The position numbers and the translations under genes are program-made. A stretch of 64,000 nucleotides of DNA from Epiperipatus broadwayi (Eukaryota > Animalia > Onychophora): positions 7,502,001-7,566,000 of the forward strand of contig JAQFVV010000009.1 of the NCBI GenBank assembly GCA_028023455.1. The letters run 5' to 3'. The notes under the pieces were generated by a model. That model saw only the letters and a program-made list of their open reading frames with translations. It made no database searches and was not told the DNA's origin. Positions within the stretch are counted from its first letter, which is position 1; the number at the start of each line of letters is the position of its first letter. Positions 39,308 to 52,850 of this stretch are shown here, in pieces.

Positions 39308-39531
39308 CTTCCAAGAGCAAAATATAAAAAAAAACATGAGACATTAGAACAAAGAGATTGGTGCACCTATTGTTAAAACTCTAAAATATTTTTAAAAGCC
39401 TGAAGGAAATAAAATAATTAAAAGACTAAATTATCATTCAAGAATTTAAAACAACTAATATAACTGTTTCTAAATTTTTATCCTTGCTTCAAAAACTTTA
39501 TAAAAAAAAATCTGCATTTATTATTAACTAC

Positions 39532-39642
39532 ATTTTCAACTGAGTCATAAAGATTTTCCATGTCATTCTTCACTTCATACACAAAATTATTTTGATTGAA
39601 ACCTAGCAAATCAATATGATGAGAATTCTTGTCTTTGACTCC
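39532..39642 (-). CDS. Exon of candidate Mis12-like gene (5' boundary uncertain)
   Basis: AAG acceptor, phase-1 entry: (x)VKDKNSHHIDLLGFNQNNFVYEVKNDMENLYDSVEN, with a weak GTAGTT donor. An alternative TAG acceptor lies just before GF. Confidence 0.5.
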
Positions 39643-42229
39643 TTAAACCATTTACAAAATTGATTTGTAGTGAATAATATAATACTTTTCACTATAAATT
39701 TTTTTTCAAAAATCATTTGCATTGCCGATTTCAATTTATATTATTATTTTTGATCTCAATGTGATTATGCTTCTAAAATTGGAGATTAAAAATATAGATT
39801 GCAAGATATTATCTGTATGAAGTTTGTATATGTGCAAAAAAAATTTCTATTGCTAAAATAACAATAAACCAAAAGATTTTATAAAAATATTCAGAAAAAA
39901 GAATATTTAGTGTGAAATGCCAATTCATTGAAATTTTACTTAGATATAGTCATATATTGAATTCAGGTTACTAATGTAATCCTCAATTAATGAAGAATGG
40001 AATAAATTTCTGATACAAGAGTTAACCAATAATAAATTATTTAGGAGGTGATGAATTCTCTTATTGCCTCGAATATTTTGTTGGTTTAGCAACACTGAAT
40101 ATTGTTTCCAATCCTTGCAGTCATTTTTATCTTCTCACTGTGATCTTTGCCTTATTTTTTGACTTTTTTTTAAATCTTACTATTATGGTCATTTATTATT
40201 CATCTTTCAGCATTTACTTGTGCAAGTTAAAATAATCAAACCATTTTTAACTTTTTAATTATGCACAGAAACACTGACTCCAAATTATTTTTATGAGTTA
40301 ATAAATATGTCTATGTTTAACCTTTAAAAACTCACAACAGGAACATATTTAATTAGTTGAGACCAAAAACTGTATTCAATGATCATAAAATATAGTTTAT
40401 TGGTTTAAATAATTATATTGATCAAAAGCTTTTTTCTTTGAAATATTGTTTTATTTTTTTCTAAAACATATTTTAAACTAATATCTCACATAAGAATTAA
40501 AATGAAACATTTTGTTTTACACAAATAATTATTATAATTAATCACAGATGCCATATAATTAATGCCAAACTCTTAGTTTTATATCTTTCTCTTATTAAAA
40601 CCTTTACCAAATTAAGAAACATATAATAATAATTTAACAATATATCTTTTAATTCTTTCAATATCAAATCCTATTTTTTAAAATTATTTATATGCTTCTG
40701 GAAGCTTAAATAAATATTAAATAAAAACATCACATAATAATTTAAATATCCATCTACAATATGTCTGTGTATAAAAAAAAAAACAAATTTACCAATAAGT
40801 TTTTTTTTGACATTCATATTGGAAAATGTATATCAGCTTATTTAGTAATTTTTTTCACTCATCCTTATTTTTATTAATGTTCTGTAAGATTTAACAATTA
40901 AAGTTTTTGTCTTTTTTATTTCTTATAGAAAAGTCAATGATAATAAATTGTTTTTAAAAAGTTAATGATTAAAATTTCCAGTTGCTATTTTCTAAAATAA
41001 AATCACAAATAAATAAAACAGTTGTCAAACTAAAAAATGTAGAATATAAACACAATACTCATTTCATTTACAATTATATTTATTTACATATATTTATTGA
41101 ACAATATGTATGGTTTTTTAAATTTTCATTTTAAAATGCGTGTATTCATTTTGTTTGCTATACTGTGTTGTTTTTTTTTTTTTAAAAAATTAGTGCAGTC
41201 AAGATTAAATAAAAAAAAGTTTTTAAGTAAATAATAACTTATGCTAAAATAATAGTATGGAGGTTATAATTTTAAAAGAGTATAATATTTTGTAGAAGAA
41301 TTTATGATACTTATTATGTTAGTACATAACCCCCTTCCCACATTTTTATCCTTATTTAAATAAATTTAATTATATAAATAATGCAATTTCTCAAAATATA
41401 TTAAAAAAGGTAAAAACCTATAATAATAAAAAATAGGAAATGCACATATATTCTTCAAAGATTAACTAATGCAATGTGGTGAAATAAATGGCCTCTCCTT
41501 AAATGAAATTGATAGTTTGTATGCATCAAGTATATGCTCAAAAGTTCCCAAACTCCTTATGTACTACAATAAGCTCATTTATTTTTTACTTCTCATTATT
41601 CAATTATTTCTTGGTTAATCCCCCCCACCCAATCTCATTTTTACAAAAACTATTTTGATAATTACATTATCCTATCTTCATATCCTTCAATTGTGTTATA
41701 AACATCTTAGCACAAAAAGATTATAAAATTTCTACCTCTTGTAGTATTTTCTCTTTTAATTATCTCCCATTTTCCATATAAATTATCCTGATCATCTTTC
41801 TAAAAATGACAATAATTAATTATTTGAACTATCTGATAAAAAAGAGCAAACCTTAAACAAGTTTTTATTATCATTATTTATAATATTTAGAATATTTAAT
41901 CAAATAAATTCACAAGGCATTTAAAATTTTTTAATTTTTATTAAATTAATTTTAACACGATATTATAATATGCACAAATAAATTAGTCTATAATGTTGAT
42001 ACAATGTTTTTCTAAATTTTTATAAAATGATTTTTTTTTTTTTTAAAAAAAAATGATTTTAATAAATGTTGACACCAATATAAATTTCTAAATTGTTGAA
42101 ACTCGTTTTTTTTTTTAAAAAAATACTAATTAATGATTATAAATCATTAATAAGATTTACACATTTTTAAAAAAAAATTCATACTTTATGTAAGTTTTTC
42201 ATTAAATTCGTTAAGTTTATTTCTTTAAA

Positions 42230-43270
42230 TTAAAGCACCTGCGCTATGAAGTGTCATGTGGTTTCATTAACAGTATTTCAGTCAAAATGGCGCCCACGAG
42301 GTGGGGTTATTGGAGTCCTGCTACAGCAACAATAGATTGGTGCGAAGAAAATTATGAAGTTACAACTTATATCGCGGAATTTTGTAAGTTTTTTTTATAG
42401 TTTGCATACAAATTTAAAATATTTTTATATTTTTATAGACTGTTAATTGGCAAAACCACAAGCCGCCCAGTAATAGTTCGCCGCTCTTAAGCGAATAACT
42501 TACGGCAAGCAGTTGAGTAATTTCAGGTTGTTTTCATTTTCACGCTAAATGGCGCGTAGATTTCAAAAGTCGCAACAATTCATATTTTAAAATTATTTAA
42601 TTAATGGTGATACTCTTTTTTAATTAAAAAACATTTAAAGTGTTTTTCTGTCTTTTTGGAAAAAAAGAACGAATGATATTGACAAATTATGTAATTAATT
42701 TCCCGACTTTAAAGAGTAATGGGGGTGGCGGCGCAGAAGAGTTTTATTAGAGTACGGTAAATATGAGCTAGTTCTTAGAAACATTCTAGACTTAATTTTA
42801 TATATATACAGTATAAGCAATTAAAATGTCTATTAATTAATTAATTAGGACGGTCACACTAGAGTACAATTTACATCAAACATTTTATATAAAATAAACA
42901 ATATCGTAAATCATTTTTTAAAAATTATTTTTCGGGGGATTAAATTGGAAAAGTTTTTTCGATTATTTTTTCATGCTGACGGCTTTGTTGTGTCAAGTAC
43001 GGAAAGTTATTGAGGAAGTAAAAGTTTTTTTTTTTTAAACTTTATGGAAAATTGTACGTCTTTTTTTTTTTTTTTGAAAGTGAATTTTCCTTTCTCTTCA
43101 CTTTTTTTTTTAATAGTAAAAAATACTTTTTTTTTTTTAAATGAAAAAAATTTTTTTTTAAAATAATAATAAAAAAAAGCTCTGATAATCACCGGGTATT
43201 TTCTCTTTAAAATGTGTTTATAAATTTGCGAAGTCCATTAATAGAAAAATAAAAGTATTCCCGAATATTT
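42230..43270. promoter_or_regulatory. CpG-retaining promoter-like region, possibly bidirectional
   Basis: Marked local CpG enrichment in a CpG-poor background. Overlaps ACER3 exon 1. YY1-like AAATGGCG at 42285 and 42547. Minus-strand donor CC|GTAAGTT near 42503. Confidence 0.7.
42287..42383 (+). CDS. ACER3: Alkaline ceramidase (ACER3-type), first coding exon
   Basis: MAPTRWGYWSPATATIDWCEENYEVTTYIAEF+T|GTAAGT. Hallmark DWCEENY..YIAEF motif and a phase-1 intron inside the Trp codon. Exon 2 (WNT..) not found in the window. Confidence 0.95.
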
Positions 43271-44799
43271 TATTTTATAAAATACTGTATATGTATAATT
43301 ACTATTTGCTTTGTCTAGAAGTAGTATATATGTGTACTCCATAAACTTCTACAATCAAACATTTTTTAAGTAGTGGTGTAAAGAAACAGACGATTTAAGG
43401 TGTTATAATATGATTAATAATATATATATATTAGCAACTATTGTCTCAAAATTTCACTTTACCACCTCAGTCTACGTTTTTAATCATTTTGAGTCATGAT
43501 CAAAATTAAACTCAAGGTCCATATTTGAGTCAGCACCCAAAAATTAAAAGTTATTGTAATCATAACTTAAAGAAAACATTTTTACTAATGGACGATCTTT
43601 TCTAGCATTATTGTAATTAATTCTTATAACTTAATTTCTATAATTTAATTATAGGAATTATTATGAAAATAAAAAAGATAAGCTAAAAGTTAGATAAAAC
43701 TAACTTTTAATAGCCTACCATAAGAAACAGATCACTCCAACAGCTTCTTGTAAAGGAGCAAGCAATGAAAGACTGGGCATTATTCACCATAGGTCTGCTA
43801 TTTCCTAGATGGTGGGATCTTGCATAGTTTTTATTCTTGACTAAAAATAGCAAGATAAGAGAATCAGAGCTGTATATATATAAAGTTGATATATAATTTG
43901 AGGTACACAGTTTTTTATGAAAATAAATTTTGCTGCTGAAGTATTGGAGCACCGATGAAAAATAAAATTTAAGACGTGTTTATTATATACATGACATAAT
44001 GACAAAATTGTTAGATTTTTTTTTTTTAAAGTAATTGTTAAAAAATTTACTATAAATTGATATTAGCAAACAAAAATTATTTATTAATAAGTATTTATTA
44101 ATTAATGTTATTTTAGAATAGTTTATTTATATTTTACTCATTTTTAAGCTAAATAATTTCCTCACAGCTATATGTATCAGTGGTTTTCTATCTACATTTT
44201 TGACTGAAATATATTTTTTTGAAAAAAAATGTTGCAAATTTTGAGTTTAAAAAACAAAGAAGAATGAAAATAATTGCAGTAATGTCAAGCACATTCTTGT
44301 ATTCAACAATAAATCAGTCCGTTTTTGTTGGTATCAAAGCATGCATAAAAGGTTTGCAATAATCAATTTATTATAAAATCAGAAGTTACATAGTATTTGA
44401 ACACCAAAGTGGCCATCAATAATTGTTTTTATCTGAGTAAAAAAAAATATATTATTATTTTACACTTTTTTTTTCTTGGTTAAGAATTAATTCAGCAATT
44501 TGAATTTTTCAAATATTTATCCCTCAAATGAAGAATAATATTGTTTCTCTTTAAAAAAATAGTTTTTTTTAAATTAACATGTTTGCTGGCAGCAATTATA
44601 AACATTACAATGACATAAGTTCTTATTTTGTTAAATTCTTACATATTTTGTATGTGAAAAAAAAAAGAGCATTGCCATTAGAAATGAAACATTGTCATAA
44701 TTTAAAGTGAAATTATATTGAACTAAATTGCAAATATAAAAATCATCATTACCATTTTCTGCCATTATTATTAGTCCATTAAAGAATAAAGATTTTTTT

Positions 44800-45910
44800 C
44801 AAATTTAGTCTAGTTTTTGTGATCTCTAGCCTCACTTTTTCATATTACACTACCAAACTTTTTTATTTCACTCATTTTACATCTTTCTAGAGTTTTACAA
44901 TTTTTTGGCATCCAGTTCACAACTTCTTCTACTCCTTCTATTATCATCTCTTCTAACAATATGCCAGCTCAGTTCCATTTCAATCTCTTCTTATTATTTC
45001 GTTGAGTGATCTGAAGGCACTGTATTGTTTTTCTGTTAAATACCCAAGTTTCAGATTCATGATTAAGAATAAAACACATATTAAACATGTAAACATATTT
45101 GTTTTTAGTATTAAATTACTTTTATCAAAAACATTCCATCCAAGTTTAATTCTATGATTAATTTCATCCATTAAATTTCTATCCGACCAAGGTATTAGTA
45201 ATTGTTTATTTTTTCTAATTCATAATTATCAATCTTTATTTTTTTTTTCTAAAAAAATATATTGAACAGTGCTTTTGTTTTTTAGTATTTCTCTTTAGTT
45301 CTATTTTTTTTAATTTTCACCTGATATCTCTTACATTTCATAAGTTCTAAAGCATTATTTGCAAAAAGAACCACATCATCTGGAAAATCTAGACTATTGT
45401 TATAATCTCTATATATTTTTATTTTCTTAGTTTCTCATTTTAATTCATAAAACACTTATTGTAAAACTATTGAAGAAAGTTTTAGAGATATGAAATCATT
45501 CTGTCATGTACTTTATCTAATAATATTTTTAGTATCATGGTGTAATCTAAATATTACTGTTGTATTTTGATCAATATTTTTTAGAATATGATATATATTC
45601 TGGATATATATTTTGATAGTCTAGAGCTTTAATCATTGTAGAAATTATTATAAAATCAAATGGGAACTGATTTCTCTGTGACTTTTTTCAGTGTTGAATA
45701 CAGTTCACCATGCTAAAATCATTTTAAAATCAAGCAAGTTTTTTGGGTTGGTTTAAATCTAGAGTTTGCTCTAGATGAATTATAATTATGTTGGTAAAGA
45801 TTTTATATAGATGTGATAGAAGATTGAAGATATACTTTCTAATATATTATTGCTGTATTTTTTCCATCATCTAATTACATCTTTATCTTTCAGATATTTA
45901 GTAAATATCT
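44800..45910 (-). mobile_element. Older RTE LINE relic related to the 33310-35667 family
   Basis: FTKYLKDKDV..WKN, LDFPDDVV, ORF 44980 (DEINHRIKLGW) and KWN*AGHIVRRDDNR. Confidence 0.8.
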
Positions 45911-45911
45911 A

Positions 45912-46019
45912 TTATATATAGAGCTCACAGAGTAAGCTCTTAACAAGCTTTGCAGAATATCCCCAACCCCAGACCGGTTTCTGCTTGTTGAGAGCTTATT
46001 TTGCGAGCTCTATATATAA
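45912..46019. mobile_element. 108-bp hairpin/MITE-like element
   Basis: 37-bp arms (45912-45948 and 45983-46019) with 4 mismatches, a 34-bp loop and (TA)n outer ends. Confidence 0.7.
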
Positions 46020-47049
46020 CATTTGTTTTATACAAGCTTATTAAATTAGGTCATGTGACATCTGACTTGATTTTCTTTTTTTGTAATTAGTATATGGCTT
46101 TACCAACATTTTTTTCTTCACTTTTTTCTTTTTAAAATATCAATAATAATTTAATTATTTTCTGTATTTCTAGACAATTCAGAGATGCAGTAATTGTAGA
46201 TTTTTTATTTTCTTGTTAAATTGAAAGTTCTTTATTTAATTTTTTTACTTAAGTCAACATTTGTATTTTTTTTTAACAGGTATAAAAAGTTTAAAATATT
46301 CATTAATTTCAACTTTTTAAATTTCTTTCACAATGCTAATTATTTTATATTATCATTGTCTCTAATACAATCAAAATGAATTGAATAATCTTTAACATAT
46401 TTAAAAATATATATTTATATTTCTTACTTTATTACCAATTAAATCAATAATTTATTATCAATTATCACTCTAAACAATGAGAATATTGTTCTTTATCTTT
46501 ATAAGTTAGGCCGTCTAGAATCAAGTTCCAAAGTTATTTTTATAAGCCTATTTTTTTTTTTTTTGGAATATTTTCAATAAATAATTTGAGAACATTACAT
46601 CATATTAGCATTTTTTGTCTTCTGTTTATCGAGTCTTTTTTTAATTTTTAGAAATTGATATATAACTTGTCATCAGCAATATCATGTTTTTCTCATGTAT
46701 TTTCTTATATGCTTCCAAGATTAGTTATCTTCACCTTACTGTAAAGATATCTACTATAAGCTTGAATAATCAATAAACCCTAGATATAATACTATAATAC
46801 CTCAATTCCAGACTTGTTTCTGGCTTTTTCCTTCATCTCATACTGAGGACTAGGATTCAAAACTGAAACTAATTTTTCTTATTATGAGGAGATGGATGTA
46901 CAAGGTTTTTTAAGTCTAAAATTCAGACATTTCCAGCCATTTTTGAAAATCAATTGTTAAACATGTACTAGTAATAATAAAATAAAATACTGTATTTAAT
47001 TTTTAATAGCCATTTTCTATATATATATTCTGTTTGAAAGAATTTTATG

Positions 47050-50000
47050 GAAAATAAAATATTAAATTTTCTATGACTTTCATTTGAATAAAAAAATTTT
47101 TTTTAGAAACTTTCTGATATATCAGGGAAATATGAAAGTCATTTTCCAAGATTATCTTCTAGAAATGTAAGGATGCTTCAAACATTTTTTCTGTTTAGAT
47201 TTCTCATATATAATTTTCTTCAATACCTAATAAGGCAGAGATATATTTGTTATCCAAGTTTTTTTTATTGTTACTATTTGAATTCATAATAAAATTATTC
47301 TTAGTGATAAATTTGAGACCAGAGGAATTTCATTAGGATATCAGATTATGAATTTAAAGAGAATATTGCAATTGTTCTGATTAGTAATTAAATCTTCACA
47401 TTAAATAAATGAATAATCAAATGGTTTATTATTCTGGGAGTTCATAAATTTGAATACAAGAAGTATCAGAACTGGAAGTATGATCTATAGATAATCCCAG
47501 TTTGCCACTTTATTATTTCATTAAATCATATTTCTTATTCTTCTAAGCTCATATTCTGTAACACATTTCTTAGTATCATTGTTTTTTTAGCTTTTAAAAA
47601 TTTAAGGAGATTGCTGTTTGTTGATTTTCTATTTTTATTTTCATTGATTTTTTTTTAAAAACTTCTCTTAATTTTTTATTTCTATACAATCTTTGCCTTT
47701 TTTTTAATGGTTAAAAATATAATTTGAATATATATGTTTAATTCAATAAAGAATAGTTCTTTTATAACATATAGCAAGTTAAATAATTTATTGAATGGTC
47801 ATATAGTCTTGCTGTATTTTTAGAATATTATGAAGTATTATTAAATGAAATTTTTTAAATAGTTTTACATTACATTGATAACAAGTTCAAGTTTACATCT
47901 ACACATCAAATTAGGCAAATTATCAGTTCTAAAACAATTATTTTAGTCATAGATCATTGCAATTACATATTCTGTTTTTTAACTTGGTAAATATAGCAAC
48001 ATCACATTGGAGCCTGTGATACATTTCAATATCTAATATTGCCTTTTTTACTTTTAAAAAGGTTACCAAGTATTTAAATAGATTCACATTCACAAGTTAT
48101 TAATCATTGAAAATAAAAAAATACTGAAGATTTTTCTTTTATTGGTGGATCATAAAAAATATGAATTTTTGAGCAATTAAACTTATGTTGCATTAAAAAT
48201 ATTAATTACATTTCATAAATTGTCTTTTGAATTGACAAGAATAACACAGTCATCAGCATATTGTAAGTCCAGAATCCAAGAACATTAAGTTTTTGTCTTT
48301 GCTTTGAATCATGTCACATTAAAAATTTCATGATCAAACCTGTATCACATCTTGATCTCTGATTCATTAAGCTTTTTATAAATAGTTCAGAAGACTATTA
48401 TTATAAAAATTGAAAACAAACTGGAAGAATACACACCATTGTTTAATATCAGTTTTTCATTTTTAATGATCTGTAGTAATAACATTTCCTATCATTCCAT
48501 TATATAAATGCTGTCCTATACAAATAATCTTGTTTTGACACCAAGACTGTCACAGAATTGTTTGATTGAATCAAAATGCCTTGCACATTTGTTTCTAACA
48601 TCTTTTTTTGCATTTTCCTACTAACAAAAACCATGTCTATTGTATTTCTTGATTTTCAAAATTCACAATGGTTTTCTGGCAACCATTCTCTTCAACAAAA
48701 CATTGAAAATACATTTGCTATAGTTATATATATATATATCATAAAAATAATTGTATTCTCATACATTTTCTTTATTTTTATAAATTGGATTCATCAAATA
48801 ATCCTTAAAATCAGATTTTATTAATTTCATAAAACCATATATTTATAAAAATTCCAGTAATTTTGAAAGTAACATATCTTCACCATATTTTAAAACATCA
48901 CCTAGGTATCTGATTAAAGTATGCAGCCTTTCCATTTTTAAAATTACAATGAATTGTTTTAATTTTAATAAGCTGGATATCCAAGTCAAAATGGGTAAAT
49001 AGAATTAATATATCATTAAAAGAATTGCCATCTCAATTTATATACTACTATTCAAAAGTTAATGCTATTTTCTCATTTATTTGAAATATTGTCATTATAT
49101 AAAATAAAGCAATTGATAGATTTAATAGGATTATATTTTGCTTTCAGTGTGTTAAAAACAATCTAAAGTGTTAGCTGGTGTTTGTATCTTTTTTGCAGTT
49201 CTAGTCTGCCAATCATTTTTAGAGACTTTTTGTTAGTTGTTGAACTTCTGTCTTAAAATTTTTATATTGGTTATAAAGCTTTACAATGAATTATTAGTCT
49301 GCAAATAGAAAATGCAGTATATTTCCTTTTAACCAAATCACTAGTATTATTATTGTCATGTCAGAAAAACCATCATGATTCTTCTTTTTAGTGAATCTAG
49401 TAATAAATTTGCTTGCATCTATAATACACTCTTTAAGAGAATTCTATGCTTAAATAATATGACAACCTGAAAGTCAAAATTAATAGTATTGTGTTTAATG
49501 GGTATTGAAATTTAGAATGATTACTTAATGCTTTTAATGAAACCATATCAAGTTTTTTTATAGAATGATTAAAATGAGGCCTCATTTTAATGCAACTATC
49601 ATTTTAACATTGGAGTATATTAATCTATAATCTACCCAACAATGTGCACATAAAAAATTTTTCTATGTATTTAATTTCTAACTATAATGTAATCTATTAA
49701 ATGCCTTTGTTTTGAATATGGATACATCCATATTTTTTTATTATGCTTTTTCTATGTTTATGCAAAAATTTAATAATAGCAGATCATTTGATTTTATGCA
49801 CCAAATAACATTATTTCCATCAATTTTGGGACAAAGTTTATTAATCTGTCAACACACACATTTGCTCTTTTAATAATATTGATGATGTAATAGTATTATC
49901 CAGCAAGAAATATTTTTTTTTAACTCTTTAAATCTAATGATGAAGTGTATGCATTAATAAAATAAGCACAATAGCATTGTACAAAACAATTTTTAATATT

Positions 50001-50320
50001 ATTAAATTTTCATCAATACATATAGAAATTTCAAAAATAAAAAAATCTTAATTTAGACCTTGCAACAAATCCAACTCCATGAAATCTCTTGGCAAAATTT
50101 ACCCATCCACTGATTGATCTATCTGTCCAAAGAAAAAAACTTGAAGGCATCTATTGATTCTATTAAACTCATTTCCTCTAAAAGACAAGTATCACTGAAA
50201 GTAGTTATATCAGTCTTAAATCTTGACAGATTTTTTGCTATTAGTGTTATCTGTATTCTAATCATGAAAAGTTTATCAAATAAAGTCCATTCATTTCTTA
50301 TATTATAAAATTAAAAAGTT
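47050..50320 (-). mobile_element. Near-full-length decayed RTE (BovB-like) LINE
   Basis: Ordered relics: NIRNEWTL..LIAKNLSRFKTDITTFSDT (EN N-terminus, about 50150-50310), RFHGVGFV (about 50070), IPxDVLKYG (about 48900), LPENHCEF..RNTIDMVF (about 48630-48680), LQYADDCV (about 48250) and FKYL (about 48070). Confidence 0.8.
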
Positions 50321-52299
50321 AATATATATATATATACAAGAAGTCCTCATCAAACATGTCTTTCTTCCAATGAAATTTTGCATGAATACAATTGAATAAT
50401 TTTAGAACATATTATAAAAGATTTTACTACATCATAAAATGAAATTTTTATGAACAAGAAGCTCAGCAAATTAAATTATTTTACAATGTGCATATGATTT
50501 TAAAATATGATGGATTAATATTAGATACTTGTATACAATTATTGTACAGTTGTAAGCAGCATTTTCTAAACTTCTAAGAAAATGCTATATTTACAACTTG
50601 AACATGAAGTTAAAAGTTACCAAAAAAGAAAAGAAAATATAAATATCATCATTAAAACTGATATGAAATAATATATATACCAAATATTTGACAAAAAAAT
50701 GCTTTTATTTAATTTGAAGTTTAATGCATTAAAAAGGAAAAAAATGATTTTTTTTTTCTCAATGGCAATTTTAGTTGTTATATTTGATTATTTTAGTGAA
50801 TGAACTAATTAATTTCTGGATACCCAACAATTTTATTTGGAATTAAATATAACAACTAAATTATGGGTGAGAAAAATTTTTTTTTTACCTTTTATACATT
50901 TCTCCTTAAATTAAATGAAAGCATTTTTTGTAAAATGGTTTTATCTATATTATTTTTATGTTTTAGTCTTTAGATATTTTGCAATGAACTTTTAGTAATC
51001 ATTCATATTCTAATTTAAAAACAAAGTGTAAACAATGTTGTATTTTTAATATAAAATAGTTTACAATAATTTTTTTTATGAACACATTTTTAAAAAAGCA
51101 AGTTTTAAATAAACAATCAAAAGAAATTAAGATTTTTTTTTTCTACTCTAATTAATACTTTTTTTAGTGAATTAGTCATGAAATTCTATAAAAAACATAT
51201 TTTTTAAAAAATATTACACCATATAATGTGCATCACTGAAAATCTATTGAACTGATGATATCAACATAGTTTGAAATTTGGCCTGTCAATACTGTTAAAT
51301 TGGATAAATGGCTGGACAACTCTAAAATATTGCATTGTCATCAATACCTAATACACATATAAAATTTAAAGAAAATCTATTTGATAGAAATTTGTTAAAA
51401 ATTGGTTCCAAGATTTGAGCCAAACAAACAAACAGAATTTTTAAGTTAAATAAAAGTATTTATTATTAATAATAAAAAGTATTATTTTTTATATTGAGGA
51501 AAATAACTCATTTTCTAAGTTGTTTTTATATTAGAATGAAAAATTGATAATGATAAATTATAGGGGGGAGGCACACTTTTTGTTTTATATTTATTAAACG
51601 TAAAAGGAGGGAGAGTGCATTAACTTTATGTATTTTTAATTCATAATTTGTTTTTATTATTGTTTATGTAATATTTTAATTTTTGTGCATAACTAATTGA
51701 TATCTTTATACATATCTAGAACAATGTGTTATTGTCCTTATATAAAAGTAAATATATATAAAATGACAACAATTTTTTTTCAGGTTCTAATCAGGTTTAG
51801 AGTTTTTCTTTTAGATAGTTAGCTCTTAGCCAACCCAAATGAATATTCCATATTTGTCAGAAAGTATTAACCACTTATTCTTTGCTAGAAGGGAAAACAT
51901 GAATGAAAAATGATTCAGATTTTCACAAACCTGAGCAAATAGTAACTTATATTTTATTGTTCCTCTATGGGGATTATTAGAAAGAACTTTGATCTGAAGT
52001 GGGCTGTATAAAGGCTGTTTTACCTTTATTATTATTATCCGTTTTTATTATACTAGAATTCCAATCAAACACTAATAACAATACTTATATAAAAATTTAA
52101 CTCTGTTTATCATGAATTCATTCATTATGTTATTTTTTTTTTGAACTTGTAATAAATAAAGATGCTTCATATACTTTATTTTTGCATACTTTAATATCAA
52201 AATCACTATTTTATATTGTGCTGTGATATTTTTTGTAGGTGTAAAGTAATAATGATCAAGATAGTATTTATCTTTGAAGCTGAAAACTTGCTTTTATTT

Positions 52300-52850
52300 A
52301 TTTGAATAAACTTAAAAAATATTTTCATATCTATAGAGAGAGATATTATCTGGAAACCAGATTTCATGACTCTTTAAGTTTCTCCATAAACAGCAATATC
52401 ATCAAGAAATAAAACACCTGATTGTAGAGATAGTTTGACAAAATTGTAAACATGATATAATTATGGAGTTAATTTTTCTATTGAGTAATTAAACAATAAA
52501 GTATTATGATCAAGTGAAAGCATTTATTCATCATCAGTCATAATTTGTCATTGCTTGCCCACTCTCTTAACTTTAAATAGAGAATTTTTATTTCATAGCT
52601 TCATTTCAGTTGCATGAAACACCAGATAATTAAGATGCATATTATATTTTAAATATTGGTTGGATTTTCAGCATATAATCATAACTTTATCTATAGATTT
52701 TTCTGGTGTATTGTAATTTTTAAATTGCCTCATCACATAAGAGTAATCACTTAAAATATTCTAATACAGTATTTTTATTGATATTAATCCAATGCCATAT
52801 GTTCACTTGTTTTGTTTCTTAACTCTAATACTATTATTATAATATTCAAC
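52300..52850 (-). mobile_element. Decayed Ty3/Gypsy reverse transcriptase fragment
   Basis: GVLFLDDIAVYGET near 52375-52420, preceded by a KVMIIC-like (RICxD region) segment. Confidence 0.5.

Noticed and set aside
42292-42305. CTCF-like CCACGAGGTGGGG in ACER3 exon 1
   Set aside because: Imperfect match that is explained by coding sequence.
43000-43200. Lys/Phe-rich ORF 43007-43192
   Set aside because: Artefact of poly-T/A tracts.
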